Shown: positions 11,560 through 25,144, numbered from the stretch's first letter. The stretch is DNA of 64,000 nt from Glaucostegus cemiculus (GCA_976551045.1 CDPCPM010000026.1:7812001-7876000); one strand, 5' to 3'. Program-made: numbers and translations. Notes: generated by a model not told the origin, from the letters alone.

Positions 11560-13270
11560 GACCGATTTAAAAAAAAAATTGGTGAAGGTCAATGGGATAT
11601 GCCAAATTTCTTCACCTCCTGAAGAAGCAGAGGTGCTGGTGCACTTTCTTGGCTGTGGCGTCAACATGATTGGACCAGGACAGGCTATTGGTGATGTTCA
11701 CTCCTGGGAACTTGAAGCTCTCAACCCTCTCACCCTCAGCATTGTTGATGTAAATGGGAGCATGTGCACCATCCCCCTTCCTGAAGTCAATGACCAGCTC
11801 TTTTGATTGGCTGACATTGAAGGAATGGTTGTTGTCATAACATCGTGCCACAAGGCTCTCTATCTCCTTCCTGTATTCTGACTCATCGTTATTTAAGATA
11901 TGGCCCACTATGGTGGTGCCATCTGCAAACTTCTAAATGGAGTTAGAGCAGTATCTGGCCATAGAGTCATGAGTGAATAAGGAATAGCATAGGGTCTGAG
12001 GATGGAGCCTTGTAGGGCACCAGTTTTAAGGATAATGTGGTGTATTGCTGCCTATCCTTGCTGATTGTGGTCCATTGGTCAGGAATTCAAGGATTCAGTT
12101 ACAAAGGAAGGTGTTGAGTCCCAACTCTAGGAGTTTGGAGATGAGTTTGCCTTTAATATTATAATTCCAAACAGAGCTGTAGTCAATAAACAATAGTCTA
12201 ATGTAGATGCCTTTACTGTCCAGAGATGCGTGTAGGGCAAGGGAGATGGCATCTGCTGTGGACCTGTTTGGTGGTAGGCGAACTGCAGTGGGTCAAGGTT
12301 ACCTGGGAAGTTGATGTGTGCCATGACCAGCCTCTTGAAGCACTTCGGGATGCTGAAGGTCAGAGCCACTGGGCAGTAGTCATTAAGGTGCGTTACCTTA
12401 TTTTTCTTAGGTACCAGGATGATAATGTTGTTCTTAAAGCAGGTGGGAACCTCAGACTAAAGTAGGGAAAGGTTAAAAATGTCTGAAAATACCCCTACCA
12501 GTTGATCTGTGCGGGATCTGAAGACGCAGCTGGAGACACCACCTGGGCCAGCTGGTTTCCACAGGTTCACTCTCCGGAAGACTGATCTGACACCTGCAGC
12601 AGTAACTGTGGGTCCATTTGCATCGAAGGCTGTCGGCGCGGGTGGTTACATTCCATTCCCCCTCCGCTCAAAACCTGCACAGGATGCATTAAGCTCATCA
12701 GGAAGGGATGTGCTGTTGTTTGTGATGCTTCCCAAATTCCTACCACAACTGGCAGCTGGTCTGGGACTCTGTTTTTGGACTGGTATTGTCTCTTGTCATC
12801 CCTGATAGCTTTACAAAGGTTGTATCAAAATTTCTTGTATAGGTCAGTGTTACCTGCTTTGAAAGCTGCAGTCCTGGACTTCAGTAGGGAGTTGATCTCC
12901 TGGTTCATCCATGGTTTCTGGTTTGGGACTATATGGATTGACCTCTTTGGTGTGCAGTCCTCTACATTCTTGATAGTCTGTGATGGTGGTGACATTATCA
13001 TCTAGGTTGGCTGCTGAGTCTTTGAATGTGGATCAGTCTACTAACTCAAAGCAGTCGTATACAAGCTCATCTGTTTCCTCAGACCAGCACGGTGTGACCT
13101 TCTGTGCCAGATCCTCGTGTTTCTGTTTGTACGTGGCGAAGTAGCACAGCCTGGTGGTCTCATTTACCAAAGTGTGGGCGGGGGGGTGGCTCGGTAGGTG
13201 TCTTTGATGGTTGTGCCCCTAATGGGACAGGATACCTGCTAGTTGTATTTTGGTTATGTACTCTTAGAGG
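11560..13270 (-). mobile_element. Degenerate Rex1/Babar LINE (RT region)
   Basis: Minus ORFs: [20 protein letters not shown]; NNDESEYRKEIESLVARCYDNNHSFNVSQSKELVIDFRK..KFPGVNITNSLSWSNHVDATAKK; frameshifted. Confidence 0.85.
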
Positions 13271-13539
13271 CGACTGAGAGGGTGAAGAGTATTACAGGTA
13301 TACTGGAATGCAGATTTGAGGTTACAGTGACAAGGCTACTGCAACATTTTAAATAAAACCATGGCTAAAATTCATCTTTATAATTCACATGAATAATTAA
13401 TCTATATTCCAGTTTGGGTGTTAGTTCACAGGCCATCAAATTGCCTGGTAGTTAAGAGTCAGCTGTAGCAATTCGAGGCCATTCTTAGAATTAAACCAGG
13501 GATAATTTGAAGTTTGGCCCAAGGTGATAATTTGGCCCG

Positions 13540-13850
13540 TTGAATCCACATTGGTTTCCAGGGGAGCAATTCCATTAGTCCCACAACCCTCTTATTTCCT
13601 GTGCTCCAAAACTACTTTTTCCTCATGCCCAACAGCTTTGATTTTTGTTTTGCCATTAACCTACACTAAGGGTGATTTATAATTGCCAATTACCCTACTG
13701 CATCTTTGGAATATGGGAGGAAACCCACCCACATATGGAGAGAAGGTTCAAACTTTGCACTGACAGCACACACAAAATCAGGAATGAATGTGGGTTCCTC
13801 GTGTCATGCAGGAGGAGCACAAACTACTGCATTGCTGTGCTGCCCTTGCC
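13540..13850 (-). mobile_element. Degenerate V-SINE (HE1-like)
   Basis: gggaggaaacccacc..ggagagaaggttcaaact..cactgacagcac is the reverse of the V-domain and tRNA-like head seen at 17287. Confidence 0.55.
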
Positions 13851-15084
13851 TTTTGTAGAGGAGTGTGCAGATTCCCCATTGGCATACTTGAATTCTTTGA
13901 GTAGTCTTTGAATGCTGCTTGAACCTTGCTAATGAATTCAGATGCATTTGTATCACTGGCCTCCATGAGATATGCACTGAGTGGAGATGGTTCAGCACTG
14001 AGTTGGGAAGAGAGGGGATATGATGGTGGCAGCATGCGGTTGATGGCAGGGGAAAGAGAAGGCTAGGGCCTGGGATGGGGTGAGGGGGAAAGGGAGGAGA
14101 GGAAGAGTGGCAACCTGAGCTGGGCAATGATGAGACAGTTGGGGCCATTGGGGAATAGTTGCCAGTAGAGGGGGAGAGAGAAATCCTGAAAGACAACATT
14201 ATGTATTATAGTGAGGTAAAATATTGTTTTATTAAGTTGCATTACTTCAAATTCATGTATTTAGTGACTGGGTTTTGATTGAGAAGCTTTGAAATGCAAG
14301 CAGAGTTTCTGTAGTTAAAGCTACTGAGAACCGTCTTGGTATACAAATTTTCACTTAATGATTCTTTCCTTTGAGTGTAATCTCTTTACAATTTGCAGGA
14401 TACTTCAATCACTCTGTTGGCCCTGGAATCCAAATGGTTGTATCTAAAATTAAAGCCAAGGTCTGAATTTGAACATTAAAGGATATTGAAAAATGTAAGT
14501 AGCTTGTAAACCAAACAAAACTAATTACAGAGTCAATTAATTGACTTCAAAGGCACAGTAGTATATCTTTTGCTCAGACCTACTTGAGATGCTGCACACA
14601 ACTTGTCCTACCCTTGCATAGCTACTGAAGCTTTGATCATATATGATCTGATTTGAACGTAGCTGCTGCAATTTTGCTAATAAACTTCTTTTTCCCCCCA
14701 ATAACATCTGCTTGTTTGTCTTTTACCTTTTGGCTCTATTTTAGGTGAAAAGAAAACTGAAAGTTCAACTCTCATTATCTCTCAAACAAGAAAGAACAGC
14801 AGTAGATGTCAGTTCTTTTAGAAAGCATCTTCTAATCCTGCACTCTAGAACTAACAGAAACAGTTTCTCAATCTATTGAAACTTAGATAAAATCACCCCT
14901 TAACTTTTCAGATTCGTGGGAGTATAACCCTTTGTAGTCTCTCCTCAATAAACTGATCCTGGGAGTCCAGGTACCTAAGTTGTTCATGTATTTTAACCGA
15001 ATAGTTGAGGCCCCAACACACATCCTTGCAGGGCACTAATCAGCAATAATTTAAGTACGTTCATTATCCCCATGCTCTTTTAAA

Positions 15085-15825
15085 TTGGTAAATTGGTTTA
15101 TTATTGTCTCACACACTGAAGTACAGTAAAAAAACTGCATGCTGTTAATACAGATCATTTCATCACATTAGTACATTGAGGTAGTACAAGGGAAAAGCAA
15201 TAACAATGCAGAATGTAGTGTTACAGTTACAGAGAAAGTGCAGTACATGGCCATGACAAGGTAGATTGAGGTCAAGAGATCACCTTATTGTACAAGTCAA
15301 TTCAATGGTCTTTTGAATCTTCTGCCCGATTGGGGGGGGGGGGGGGGGGGGGCGACAGGGTGAGAAAAGAGAATGTCCAGGGTGGCAGGGGGTCTTTGAT
15401 TATGGTGTCTGCTTTACTGAGGCAGTGAGAAGTATAGACAGAGTCCGTGGAGAGGAGGTTGGTTTTTGTGATGTGCTGTGAGTCTACCAAGCCATGATGC
15501 ATCTGGATAGAATGCTTTCTGTGGTGCATCTATAAAGATTGGTGAGGATCAGCAGGGACATGCTGAATTTCTTTAGCCTCCTGAGGAAGTGGAGGTGCTG
15601 GTACACTTTCTTAGCCATGGCTTCTACATGGTTTTACTAGGACAGACTATTGGTGATGTTTACTCCAAGGAACTTGAAGCTCTCAACCACCTCCACCTCC
15701 ACCTCAGCACCCTTGACACAAACAGGAGAGTGTGTATCACCCTGCTTTCTGAAGTTGATGACCAGCTCTTTTGTTTTGCTGACATTGAGGGAAAAGTTGT
15801 CATGGCACCATGCCACTAGACTCTG
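15085..15825 (-). mobile_element. Rex1/Babar LINE 3' part
   Basis: Tail attggtaaattggtttattattgtc; RT C-terminal remnants (aacttgaagctctcaacc..gaagttgatgaccagctc) similar to 11580-11860; contains a G21 run at 15332-15352. Confidence 0.8.
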
Positions 15826-15949
15826 TCTTTGGAGGTTTGTACTACAATTTTTCAGTTATCTTTGGCTTCAAGGGTGGTGCCAGAGGATCGGAGGACTGGT
15901 AATATTATGCTGTTGCAAAAAAGCCTGGTGTTTGTTTTTCTTTTGGAAC

Positions 15950-17170
15950 AAAGTAATTGCAGTGCAGTTAGCTAAACCACTGATGGGAAAGGTATTGAAA
16001 TCCATTCTGAGTGACAACCTAAATCTATTAAAAAGGCACAGATTAGTCAGCAGCAATCAGAATGGATTGCTTAATGGATGGTCCATCTGAGTAACTTCAT
16101 TGAATTTTTAGCAAGAACTAACAGGGAGGATTGATGAGACCTGTGTATTTGATGTAATTGGCATTGAGTTTTAGCAAGGGCCCACAAGGCAGACCAGTCA
16201 ACAATAGTAAAAGCCCACAGGATTTCAAAGGCTGGTGGATAATTGTCTCAGTGGGAGGAAGCAATGGATGATGGCTGTTCTTATGACTGGAAGGATGTTA
16301 CTAGACTGGTGCTACTGAGATTGCTTCACAAGGCTTTGTAATGTACATTTATTATGTTCTCTTTAAATTTAAATCAAACAGTTTGCAGATAATCCAAAAA
16401 TTGGTCTTGTGGCTAGCAATAAAGAGAAATGTTTGGCAGGAAAATACAGAATGTCTGGTCATTGGTTAGTGGAATTTAATCCAGGCATATATGAGGTAAT
16501 GCATTTGGGGGGCAGGGGGGGGTGCATCAAACAAAGGAAATCTGGAATAAATGGGAGGATATTGAATGGTGTCGATTTTGAAGTTTGGGTCCACAGATAT
16601 TAGAAGGTAATGGGATGGATTCATAAGATGTTTTTTAAGAAAACATAATGCTTTCCTTTTGTTAGCCAAGATGTAAAATAAGAAGCAGGAGGCTATGCTG
16701 GGACTGCATTACAACCTGATTTAGGCCAGAGTGCAGAAGATGTGATTGGACCAGTGGGGGCTGAGAACAGGATATTGCCATGACTGTTAAATGGTAGCGA
16801 AAAAGGCAAGATCGGATAAACTTGAGTTGTTTTATTTGGAGCAGAGGAGGCTCTGGGAGATTTAATTGATGTGTATGAAATTTATGAGGGGCTTAGAAAG
16901 AGTAAACGGGAAGGATGCCCTTCGCTAAGGGAAATGCATCCTTCAAATGACCAGACCATCTGTATCTTCCTGCTCAAACTAGGAGGCATAGATCTAAAGT
17001 AATTGGTGGGAGAATTAGATGAGAGAGGGGACAAAATGTTTTCAGCTGTTGCGGTAGATGTCTGGAATTCACTGCTTGAAAAGGTGGTAGAGATAGAAAA
17101 CCTCACCCTATTTTTAAAAAAAAAACTTTGATCTTTCCCTGTAGAGCTGTGGCCTGCAGTTATGAACCCA
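15950..17170 (+). mobile_element. Degenerate CR1 RT / 3' region
   Basis: GKVLKSILSD..SSNQNG; tttgcagataatccaaaaattgg (FADDTKIG-like); WLVEFNP..EVMHLG; agcagaggaggctctgggagatttaattgatgtgtatgaaa. Confidence 0.75.
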
Positions 17171-17286
17171 AAGTCTTTGGTAACTCAACATCTCTAACTT
17201 AATGATTAGTCCAGCATATTTCTTTCTCTGCCACCCCAACTGCTTTTTCCCTCCCCTCCCACCCCACCGATTACATTGCAATCGCA

Positions 17287-17572
17287 GGCACGGTAGCATA
17301 GTGGTCAGCATAATGCTTTACAGTGCCAGTAACCTGGGTTCAAATCTGGCCACTGCCCGTAAGGAGCTTGTACGTTCTCCCCGTGCCTGTGTGGGTTTCC
17401 TCTGGGTGCTCCAGTTTCCTCCCACATTTCCAAAGACGTACGGGTTAGGAAATGTGAGCATGCTATGTTGGCGCCGGAAGCGTGGCGACACTTGCGGGCT
17501 GCCCCCCAGAATCACTACACAAAAGATGTATTTCACTGTTTTGATGTACATGTAACTAATAAGGATCTTATC
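17287..17572 (+). mobile_element. tRNA-derived V-SINE with LINE-like 3' tail
   Basis: A-box ggtagcatagtgg, B-box gggttcaaatc, V-domain gtgggtttcctctgggtgctccagtttcctcccaca..ccaaagacgt, tail tttcactg..gtacatgtaactaataa. Confidence 0.85.
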
Positions 17573-17964
17573 CTTTAAATATTTTTAAAATTACTTTCAC
17601 TTGTAATAGCACATTATCAATTTTCGAGGCGTCCACATTGCAACAGCTTCCTTTTATTTCTTATAACGCACATTTCTTTCCAATTTTTTTAAGATCTTGT
17701 TATCTGTTCTATCACTTTTTGGTCTGTATCTTTCTCTACTATCAGGGAGGTTTTCCCATTGTTGACAGTTTGCTTTTAATTTCAGCCATGTATCAGTTGA
17801 ACACGAGTTGTCTCTTACTCACCAGTTAAGTTGAAGAGCCTGATAAAGAAATTCTTTGTGCTGAATTTGATAACTTTTTGACATTGCTGCATGCCCATGA
17901 AAAAGAATTCTCATCATCATAGTTGACTTCCGCTATCTCAGGCTCAAGTCATTGGCTCACTTCG

Positions 17965-19030
17965 TCCTGGAGACACAAGCTGCAGATACTGCAGGTGGTC
18001 CCAAAAACAAACTGCTGGAAGAACTGTGGGTCAAGCAGCATCCGTGGAGGCAAGACGATGGTCAACATTTCAGGACTGAGTGGGTAGAGGGACGATGGCC
18101 AGTATATCGAAGTGTGAGGGATGGGTGAGATGGAGGCTGGTAGGTGATGTTGGGCAGATGGAACCTGATGGGGGACAGGAGAGGAAAGCATGAACCAAAG
18201 GAGAAGATTTGCTCACATTCCATACTTCCTTCCACCCACCCCCCCACTATCTGGACAACTCGCGTGCATTCGTCCATTTCCCGAACATCTCTTTTTCCCC
18301 CTTCCCTCCCCTGACAGAACACAGTTCCTGTGGTCCTCACCTTTCACCCCACTAGAATATGTCCAGCATGCTTTACCACCTCTGCCAGCTATAGTGGGAT
18401 CCCACCACCAGCCACATTTTCCCTTCTCCCTCCCCTCCCCTTTTTGCAGTGACCACTTTCTCCCTGATCTGCTCATCCCTTCCCACCCAATTCCCTGGCA
18501 CTTCCTCCTGCAAGTGTAGGAGCTGCAACATTTGTCCCTTCACCTCCTCCAACCAGGGACCAAAACAGCCCTTCCAGGTGAGGCAGAGATTCACATCTGG
18601 TCTGTTGCACTGGGTGCTTGCAATGTGGCTTCCTCGACATCAGTGACATCAAGCCTTGTCCAGGTGACTGTTTTGCAGAGCACCAGCACTCTGTCTGCAA
18701 TGGCCATTGTGAGCTTCTGGTTACATGTCATTTTAACTCCCCTTCCCATCCAGTTTTTCCTCTGTCCATCAGTAAAGTGTATCCCAACATCTGTTATTAG
18801 CAACATCTATCACAGACACCTGTTGGTCCTCTGCCCTCTCCACTGTTGTGGTAAGGTTAAATACAAAGTAGAAGAACAGCACCTTGTTCTGCTTGGGTAG
18901 CCTACAGCCCAATGACATGAACATTTAATTTTCCAACTTCAGGTAACTCTCTCTCACCAGTCCACCCAGCACCTCTCTCCCTTCGGTCACCTTTTCTACC
19001 CCTTCCTCATTACCTGCTTCCATCTCAAGG
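17965..19030 (+). mobile_element. Penelope-like element: GIY-YIG endonuclease remnant preceded by an inverted terminal-repeat segment
   Basis: PGTSSCKCRSCNICPFTSSNQGPKQPFQVRQRFT, CFAEHQHSV..VTCHFNS, KVEEQHLVL-LGSLQPNDMNI*FSNFR; 17970-18190 is the terminal repeat in opposite orientation. Confidence 0.85.
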
Positions 19031-19048
19031 CATCAAGAGGTGGACTAT

Positions 19049-20020
19049 ATGAGTCGGACTATAGAGAGGAGGTGAACCAACTAGCCGTGTGGTGCCATGA
19101 CAACAACCTCTCCTTGAATGTGGATAAAACCAAGGAGATGATAGTGGATTTTAGGAGGGGTCATCGTGTGCACACTCCGCTGACCATCAATGGGTCTGCT
19201 GTGGAACAAGTACGCAGCACCAAGTTCCTGGGGGTGCACATCACCGACGACCTGACCTGGTCCACTAACATTACGGCCCTCACGAAGAAGGCTCAGAAAC
19301 GCCTCTACTTCCTGCGGAGACTGAGGAAAGTGTACCCACATCCCTCAGTCATGAAATCCTTCTACAGGGGGACCATTGAGAGCATCCTAACTCAATGTAT
19401 CACTGTTCGGTGTGGAAGCTGCTCAGCTGCTGGGCGGAAGTCCCTCCAGAAGATAGTTAAGGCTGCGGAGTGGATCATAGGTGTCTCGCTTCCATCCCTC
19501 GCAGACATATACAAAGATCGTTGTGTGAGGAAGACCAAAAGCATAATGGCCGACCCTTCTCACCCCTCCCACCACCTCTTCACAATTTTGCCATCAGGGA
19601 GGAGGCTTAAATGTATCAGGGCAAGAACGTCCAGGCTGAACAATAGCTTCTTTCCGCAAGCCATCAGAACTGCAAACTCTCTCATCCCTCCATCTTCCTT
19701 TGTTAACACTAAGAGATGCCAGGTGTACAGAAATGCACCAGCACTTTAGATGCCCGACACCAGCCCGTTCACTTTAAGAACTATTTATTTATTTACTGGC
19801 CATTTTTTAATTTAATCTGCGCAATAATTCAATTTCAATCTCCATGGCTTCTAATGTGTAATGTTTTGTACTGTGTATTCTGCCAAGTGTGTATGTGTCT
19901 CTCTGTTGGTTGTATGTTATTCTTTTTTTTATGGGACGAGCACCTGAGGAGGACGGTATCTCGCTCCTATGCGTACCATGTATGTATATGGTTGTGACAA
20001 TAAAACTGATTCTGATTCTG
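19049..20020 (+). mobile_element. 5'-truncated Rex1/Babar LINE with uninterrupted C-terminal ORF (19072-19749)
   Basis: WCHDNNLSLNVDKTKEMIVDFRR..KFLGVHITDDLTWS..KKAQKRLYFLRRLRK..SFFPQAIR; AATAAA plus (gattct)n tail; candidate TSD gactat at 19043-19048 and 20020-20025. Confidence 0.92.
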
Positions 20021-22054
20021 ACTATGTTTCTTTGTGATGTGTGTTGCTAATAACAGTTGTTGGGATATACTTTAATGGAGGGAGGGAAAACTGAGCCAAA
20101 ATCACAAATGGATGACTGGTCAGTTCTGATATAAGACACAATGAGTGAGTTACATAAGGTTGTTGAATTCTTTATTGATTCTGAAAGGCTGCAACCTGTC
20201 CAGATGCAAGATGAGGTGGTGTTCCTCGGGTTAGTGTTGGGCACCTTGTAACAGTGCAGGACACCACAGCCAGAATGCAGGAACTCCACAACACTTGACA
20301 ATTCTGCTAATTATTGTATTTTCTACTTATTACTACAGTAAATGAGGAATTTAATCTTTATTTCCATACCTCAAATTTCAGATGAGTCATTGATGAATTC
20401 TTCTTTCATCTGTCTCAGCATCCTGTTGGTGACACCTGCAGTTTTGATCAAATAAGCAACAACAAGCTGATTAGTGCTTATTATGTGAGCTTGTGTCAAT
20501 AAAGATGTTATTTCCTTTAGAACACCTAAGTGGCAAGAAACAGATATGGCCATGCTTGAATGGCTAAACAAAGAAGTAGGTGGCTGTGTTCCCCAACAAC
20601 AACTATAAGGAGTACATCCACCGGGGTTGGAGGATGGATGTCATTGTTGCAAACTGAAATGGTTGAGGACCCTCACCCGTGCTTTACAAATTTTTCCATG
20701 CATTGTTGTTCCGTTTAGAAAGTACAGCTGTTATAGAACCAGAGAACACTACAGCACAGAAAACAGGCCATTCGGCCCTTCTAGTCTGTGCCAAAACATT
20801 ATTCCGCTAATCCCGTTTACCTGCACCCAGTCCATAACCCTCCAGACCTCTCCCGTCCATGTTGTCATCTTCTCAAGTGAGACATTTCTTCTCAGTGGAT
20901 TGTGGCTAGATGTGTGGTGTGTCCTTGTAGCATTTCCTCTGGTCTTCAAGTTCTCTTGATTGAGTTGAGAGAAGAGGTGTTGCATTATAGACAAGTTTCA
21001 ACCATTTGCACACAGAAATCAAGCCAGCAGAGTTGCTGTTTATGATCTTTGCCTCACACTGGTGATACCAGGTTGCAACAGGGATGCTGGGATTATTGCA
21101 ATGAGTCTTTCCATTTGATGTGAAGGGTCTTGAAGCAGTGTAGTTTCTTATAAAGATGCCACTTGCTTCTCTGGTCTTTAAGATATTAGAGTGCTGCTTG
21201 AAGTCTCACACTAGATTTGATCTTATTTATTTATCCTGACACTGCAGTACATAACTGAGGGTGTAATTGTGTTAGTCATCTAGTGGTCAGGAATGGAACT
21301 GATAATAATAGTACCTTGTGTTTAGCTGATATAACATTTTGGGGTACGGGCAGTCCAATGCAGGTCACATCCATAACCATGTCTGACCTGAATCTGTCCA
21401 AACACCCATAAATTTAGGCTAATTGGGTTTCTCACTTAAAGTATGTAGTAACACCCCATATGGGAAATGAACAATTGGGGTACTTTCAGGAAACCTGGTT
21501 GTCAAAGTTCAAGTCTTCAAGTTGTATTTGGGAAAAATCTACTTGAAGCAAAAGAATTTAATTTTGCAGACTTCGTTACCAGACACCTGAGAGAACTCCA
21601 CCACAGCACAGGAACATAACTACACAGATCAAGAATGATTTCCGAAATATTGGACTTGCAGACGTACAAAAAAAAATTGATTTTGATAATCACTGGGGAA
21701 GTGGAAAACAACGTTACTCAATCAGGGTGCATACTTTTAAAGACACACATTTTGAAGAATGACATCCCTGATGGAATTAACTGATTGCCCAAGGTACATA
21801 AGACATAAACAATGAATTGTAGGCATTTGTTCAACTGTACAAAATTCTGATGAAAGGTAACATTTGCAATTGCACTATTCTTACTTTAACATACAGATCA
21901 ATGTATTGGATCTTCATCCCCATATAAAACTCCTGCAAAGTTTCTCCCACAGTCCACCCCTTTTCACATTTCCACAGTTACTAAGAAAAATGTACAATTT
22001 CTTCAATTAAACATTTTCACAATTTTAAATGAGCATACACAAACATACGGCATG

Positions 22055-25000
22055 GGTAGTCAAAGAATAGGTTTAATAAAAATAATTAAACTTCCATTTG
22101 CTCTATAGAACTTCATAGAAAGTAATTCAATAAATTACAAATGACTTAAGACTCATTGTACTACAGAAAGCCAATTCAGACTACACAGAATACAACCTGC
22201 AAGTACTGTAATTGTCCAAAATAAAAACAGACTTAATCATCAAGCCTCCAGCAATGTAATTAAATACATGGTCAGAGCAGCTACCAAAGTGTGACTTACA
22301 TAACTACCAATACACATATTCAATTTACCAACTCATCACTGATCCTGTTAATGGCAGCAAATATTAGTGTAATCCTTTTGTGTTTGCTCATGTTGACTGA
22401 CACTGCATCAGTCACCAATTGTTGTTGTCTCCTATAACTTCTGTGGATAATCTTTTGTATTAAAACAGGACCAATGTCGTATCATTGAACACAATTGTTG
22501 AGTCAGTTTTTCTTAAAAACAGAAATGGAAATTAAATCTAAACTGGAGGCAAAAGGAGACAATGTGACATTTTACATTTTTTTTGAAAGCTGTGGTCTAT
22601 CAGATCTCGCCACTGTAAGAATGTAATGACAAAAATACTTTAGTTATTAGACCTCAGGGAAAGATGTTTATATACAGTAATGCTTCGTTTCAGACAGAAG
22701 GAGCAATTCAGTATATAAAGAAACCAGCACATTATAACTTAGTTTAATGCTGCCTGTGTTTTAGCATTACAAAATTACTGTAAAAAACATTTGAAGTATT
22801 CTCACTCAGTCTGCATACTTTTTAAAGCTGTGGTATCCTTTGTGGTGGCATGTACAAATTGTTTTTGAAAAATCTAAATACCATCCTACATATTCCAGTC
22901 TTAAAATTACCGTTAAGGATTGATGTGAATATTAAAATTGCAAATTTCTTTAATTACCAATTGTTTTCAAACTGGATTCTTGCAACTACCTGGCAAAATG
23001 TGCAATTCACTCCTTCAGAGCATATCTGTCTGTCTGTCTGTCTATCTGTCAAAATCTTTATTCCATATAAAACCTTACACAGTTTAGAATGGAAGGCTGC
23101 AGGGTGTATAACAATACCAATTTATCTGCAATATACCCGCCCCCCCATTTCATCAATGAAATAGATAATGTCCATTAAATACTGTACAGATCATACTATA
23201 TGCTAATTAAATAGTCCAGAAGAGCAAGGTCCAAATTAATTTGTTTTGGTGCTGACCCATCTGTTCCTCTTGCACATGCACTCATTTAAAATGAACAGTT
23301 ACACACCTAATAGGAGTATACCCCATACAGCAAAATTGTGGCTTGCACTGAGTTTTTGAAGGGTGCGAATGAGATTGGTCTCTGAAAGCTGGTAAAAAAA
23401 AGTCGGATATAACAGCTTTAAAAACAAAATGACTGCATACTAAACCACTCTTTGTAAACTTGTCTCTAAATACATTTCTAACTGCAAAACCAATATAAAT
23501 TCTCAATACTGCAAACAGCATAATTGCCTTTGCTTCTAGCATGTGGGTACTTGTGCATATAACACTGCTTTACACAATTTAATACCAGCTTTTCACAATT
23601 ATTTTTCCAGTCACATTAATGACTTCAAAGAGGGAAACCTTGTATTAAATTAAAATGACGGTGCATTTACGTTAGTGTAATAAATTGAACTGTACAGACA
23701 ATTCACAAGCAAAGAAATTCTGCAATGTACAGATAATGGAACTCTATTCTACTAGTTCTATTGTCCTGGTGAGCTTCTTGCATCAGGAGACATTTATTTA
23801 ATTCTCAAAAGCAGTACTGAATGCTCAACCTAAAGCAGCCTTTTCAGTGTTAATTGATATATGATGCTGGTACATTATAGTTGCTGGGGATCTAAATTTA
23901 ATTGTACTGCACACACACCCCTTTCTAACAAAAGACGGCATGGTTCCCATGGAAAGATGTCAATGTGTGCCAAACATTATTTCACTGCAGTGGAAACAAT
24001 TTCATTTTTCAATACAGTGACCTAATATGCTGCTCTGCAGTGAATAATAAACACTGAAAACTGTAGAATAAAACTCATCACCTCCTCCTCTACTTGTATA
24101 CTTTTATTTGAAGAACACAGTGCTTCCTATACTGACATTTGGCAGGAATGCATTGTGTTTAATTTACCGAACAGCTCCTCATATATCCACAAAGAGAAAG
24201 TTAGATAATGTTACCAAAGTACCCTTTTTGGACAATTCCTATTTCTGTTGTCTATATATTGAGACACCAACTAATCATTCCCATGAAATGAATGACGAGG
24301 CAGAATATACTGCACGTATCAGTTTGACTTCCCATGACGCCTTGCCCCCATTTAATTGTTAAAAGAACACATGCAAGGTGAAAGCACTCACTACAACCAG
24401 CTACATAATGTAATAAATGCCACATTTTGCAAAACTGCGAACAAAGCGAGTATTATAGAAACTACTTCTTTAAACCATCTAAACTAGCACAGCTGAGGTA
24501 ATAAATAAATAGCCAGTTCTATGGCTGATTGGGAAAAAAAATCTTCCAAGTAACTCAGAAGTGTACCTGAATTTTTAAAACTGACAGTGCATCACAACAC
24601 TTTAGCAATAAAATGTGAACTTCCATTTTGACTGTTGCCATGTTGCATTATCAAGGTGTATATTCTACAGTTTTAATGACATTCATTAGCTGCCAGGGTT
24701 ATTGCTGTGTCTCCTGCAGTTTGATCTGTGTACTGAAATGAGTGTCAAGGAGTTTGTGGGTTTATATACAGTAACTTAATACGATATGCATAAAGGTACT
24801 TTCATTTTCCCTAGTTCACACCAAATATATTAAATATACGGCTCTCCTGGTGCATATTTCTTTTATTTAAAATTAATCCCCTAAAAAAAATTAACAACTA
24901 GCACTGTGATGCTTCAGTGTGTTACAACTGAGCGCACACTTGGGTTCTGTTAGCCTCCAAAAACAACTTTACATGCAAGGTACCTTTTAAATATTTGTAC

Positions 25001-25144
25001 CTTTAAATAGATACTAAAACCCTTTCAGTTAATTACAGATGAGTTTGTTTTTGTCAAATTATCACCGGGTTTATTTACAAATGAACCATTAATATGACCA
25101 GGATGAAGCTGTTCCAGTGTAAGATTAAATATATAATTTCAAGT
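22055..25144 (-). other. CHD9: Probable CHD9 3'UTR (~3.1 kb)
   Basis: AU-rich stretch without recognisable repeats after the stop codon; ATTAAA signal (plus strand tttaat 22072-22077) followed by a GU-rich downstream element. Proximal AATAAA hexamers also exist, so the end is uncertain. Confidence 0.6.

Noticed and set aside
17287-17360. Possible tRNA gene (A and B boxes)
   Set aside because: Followed by V-domain and LINE-like tail; it is a SINE head and I cannot fold a full cloverleaf.
19072-19749. 225-aa ORF as a host gene
   Set aside because: It is the C-terminal part of a Rex1/Babar reverse transcriptase with LINE tail and a paralogous copy at 48439.
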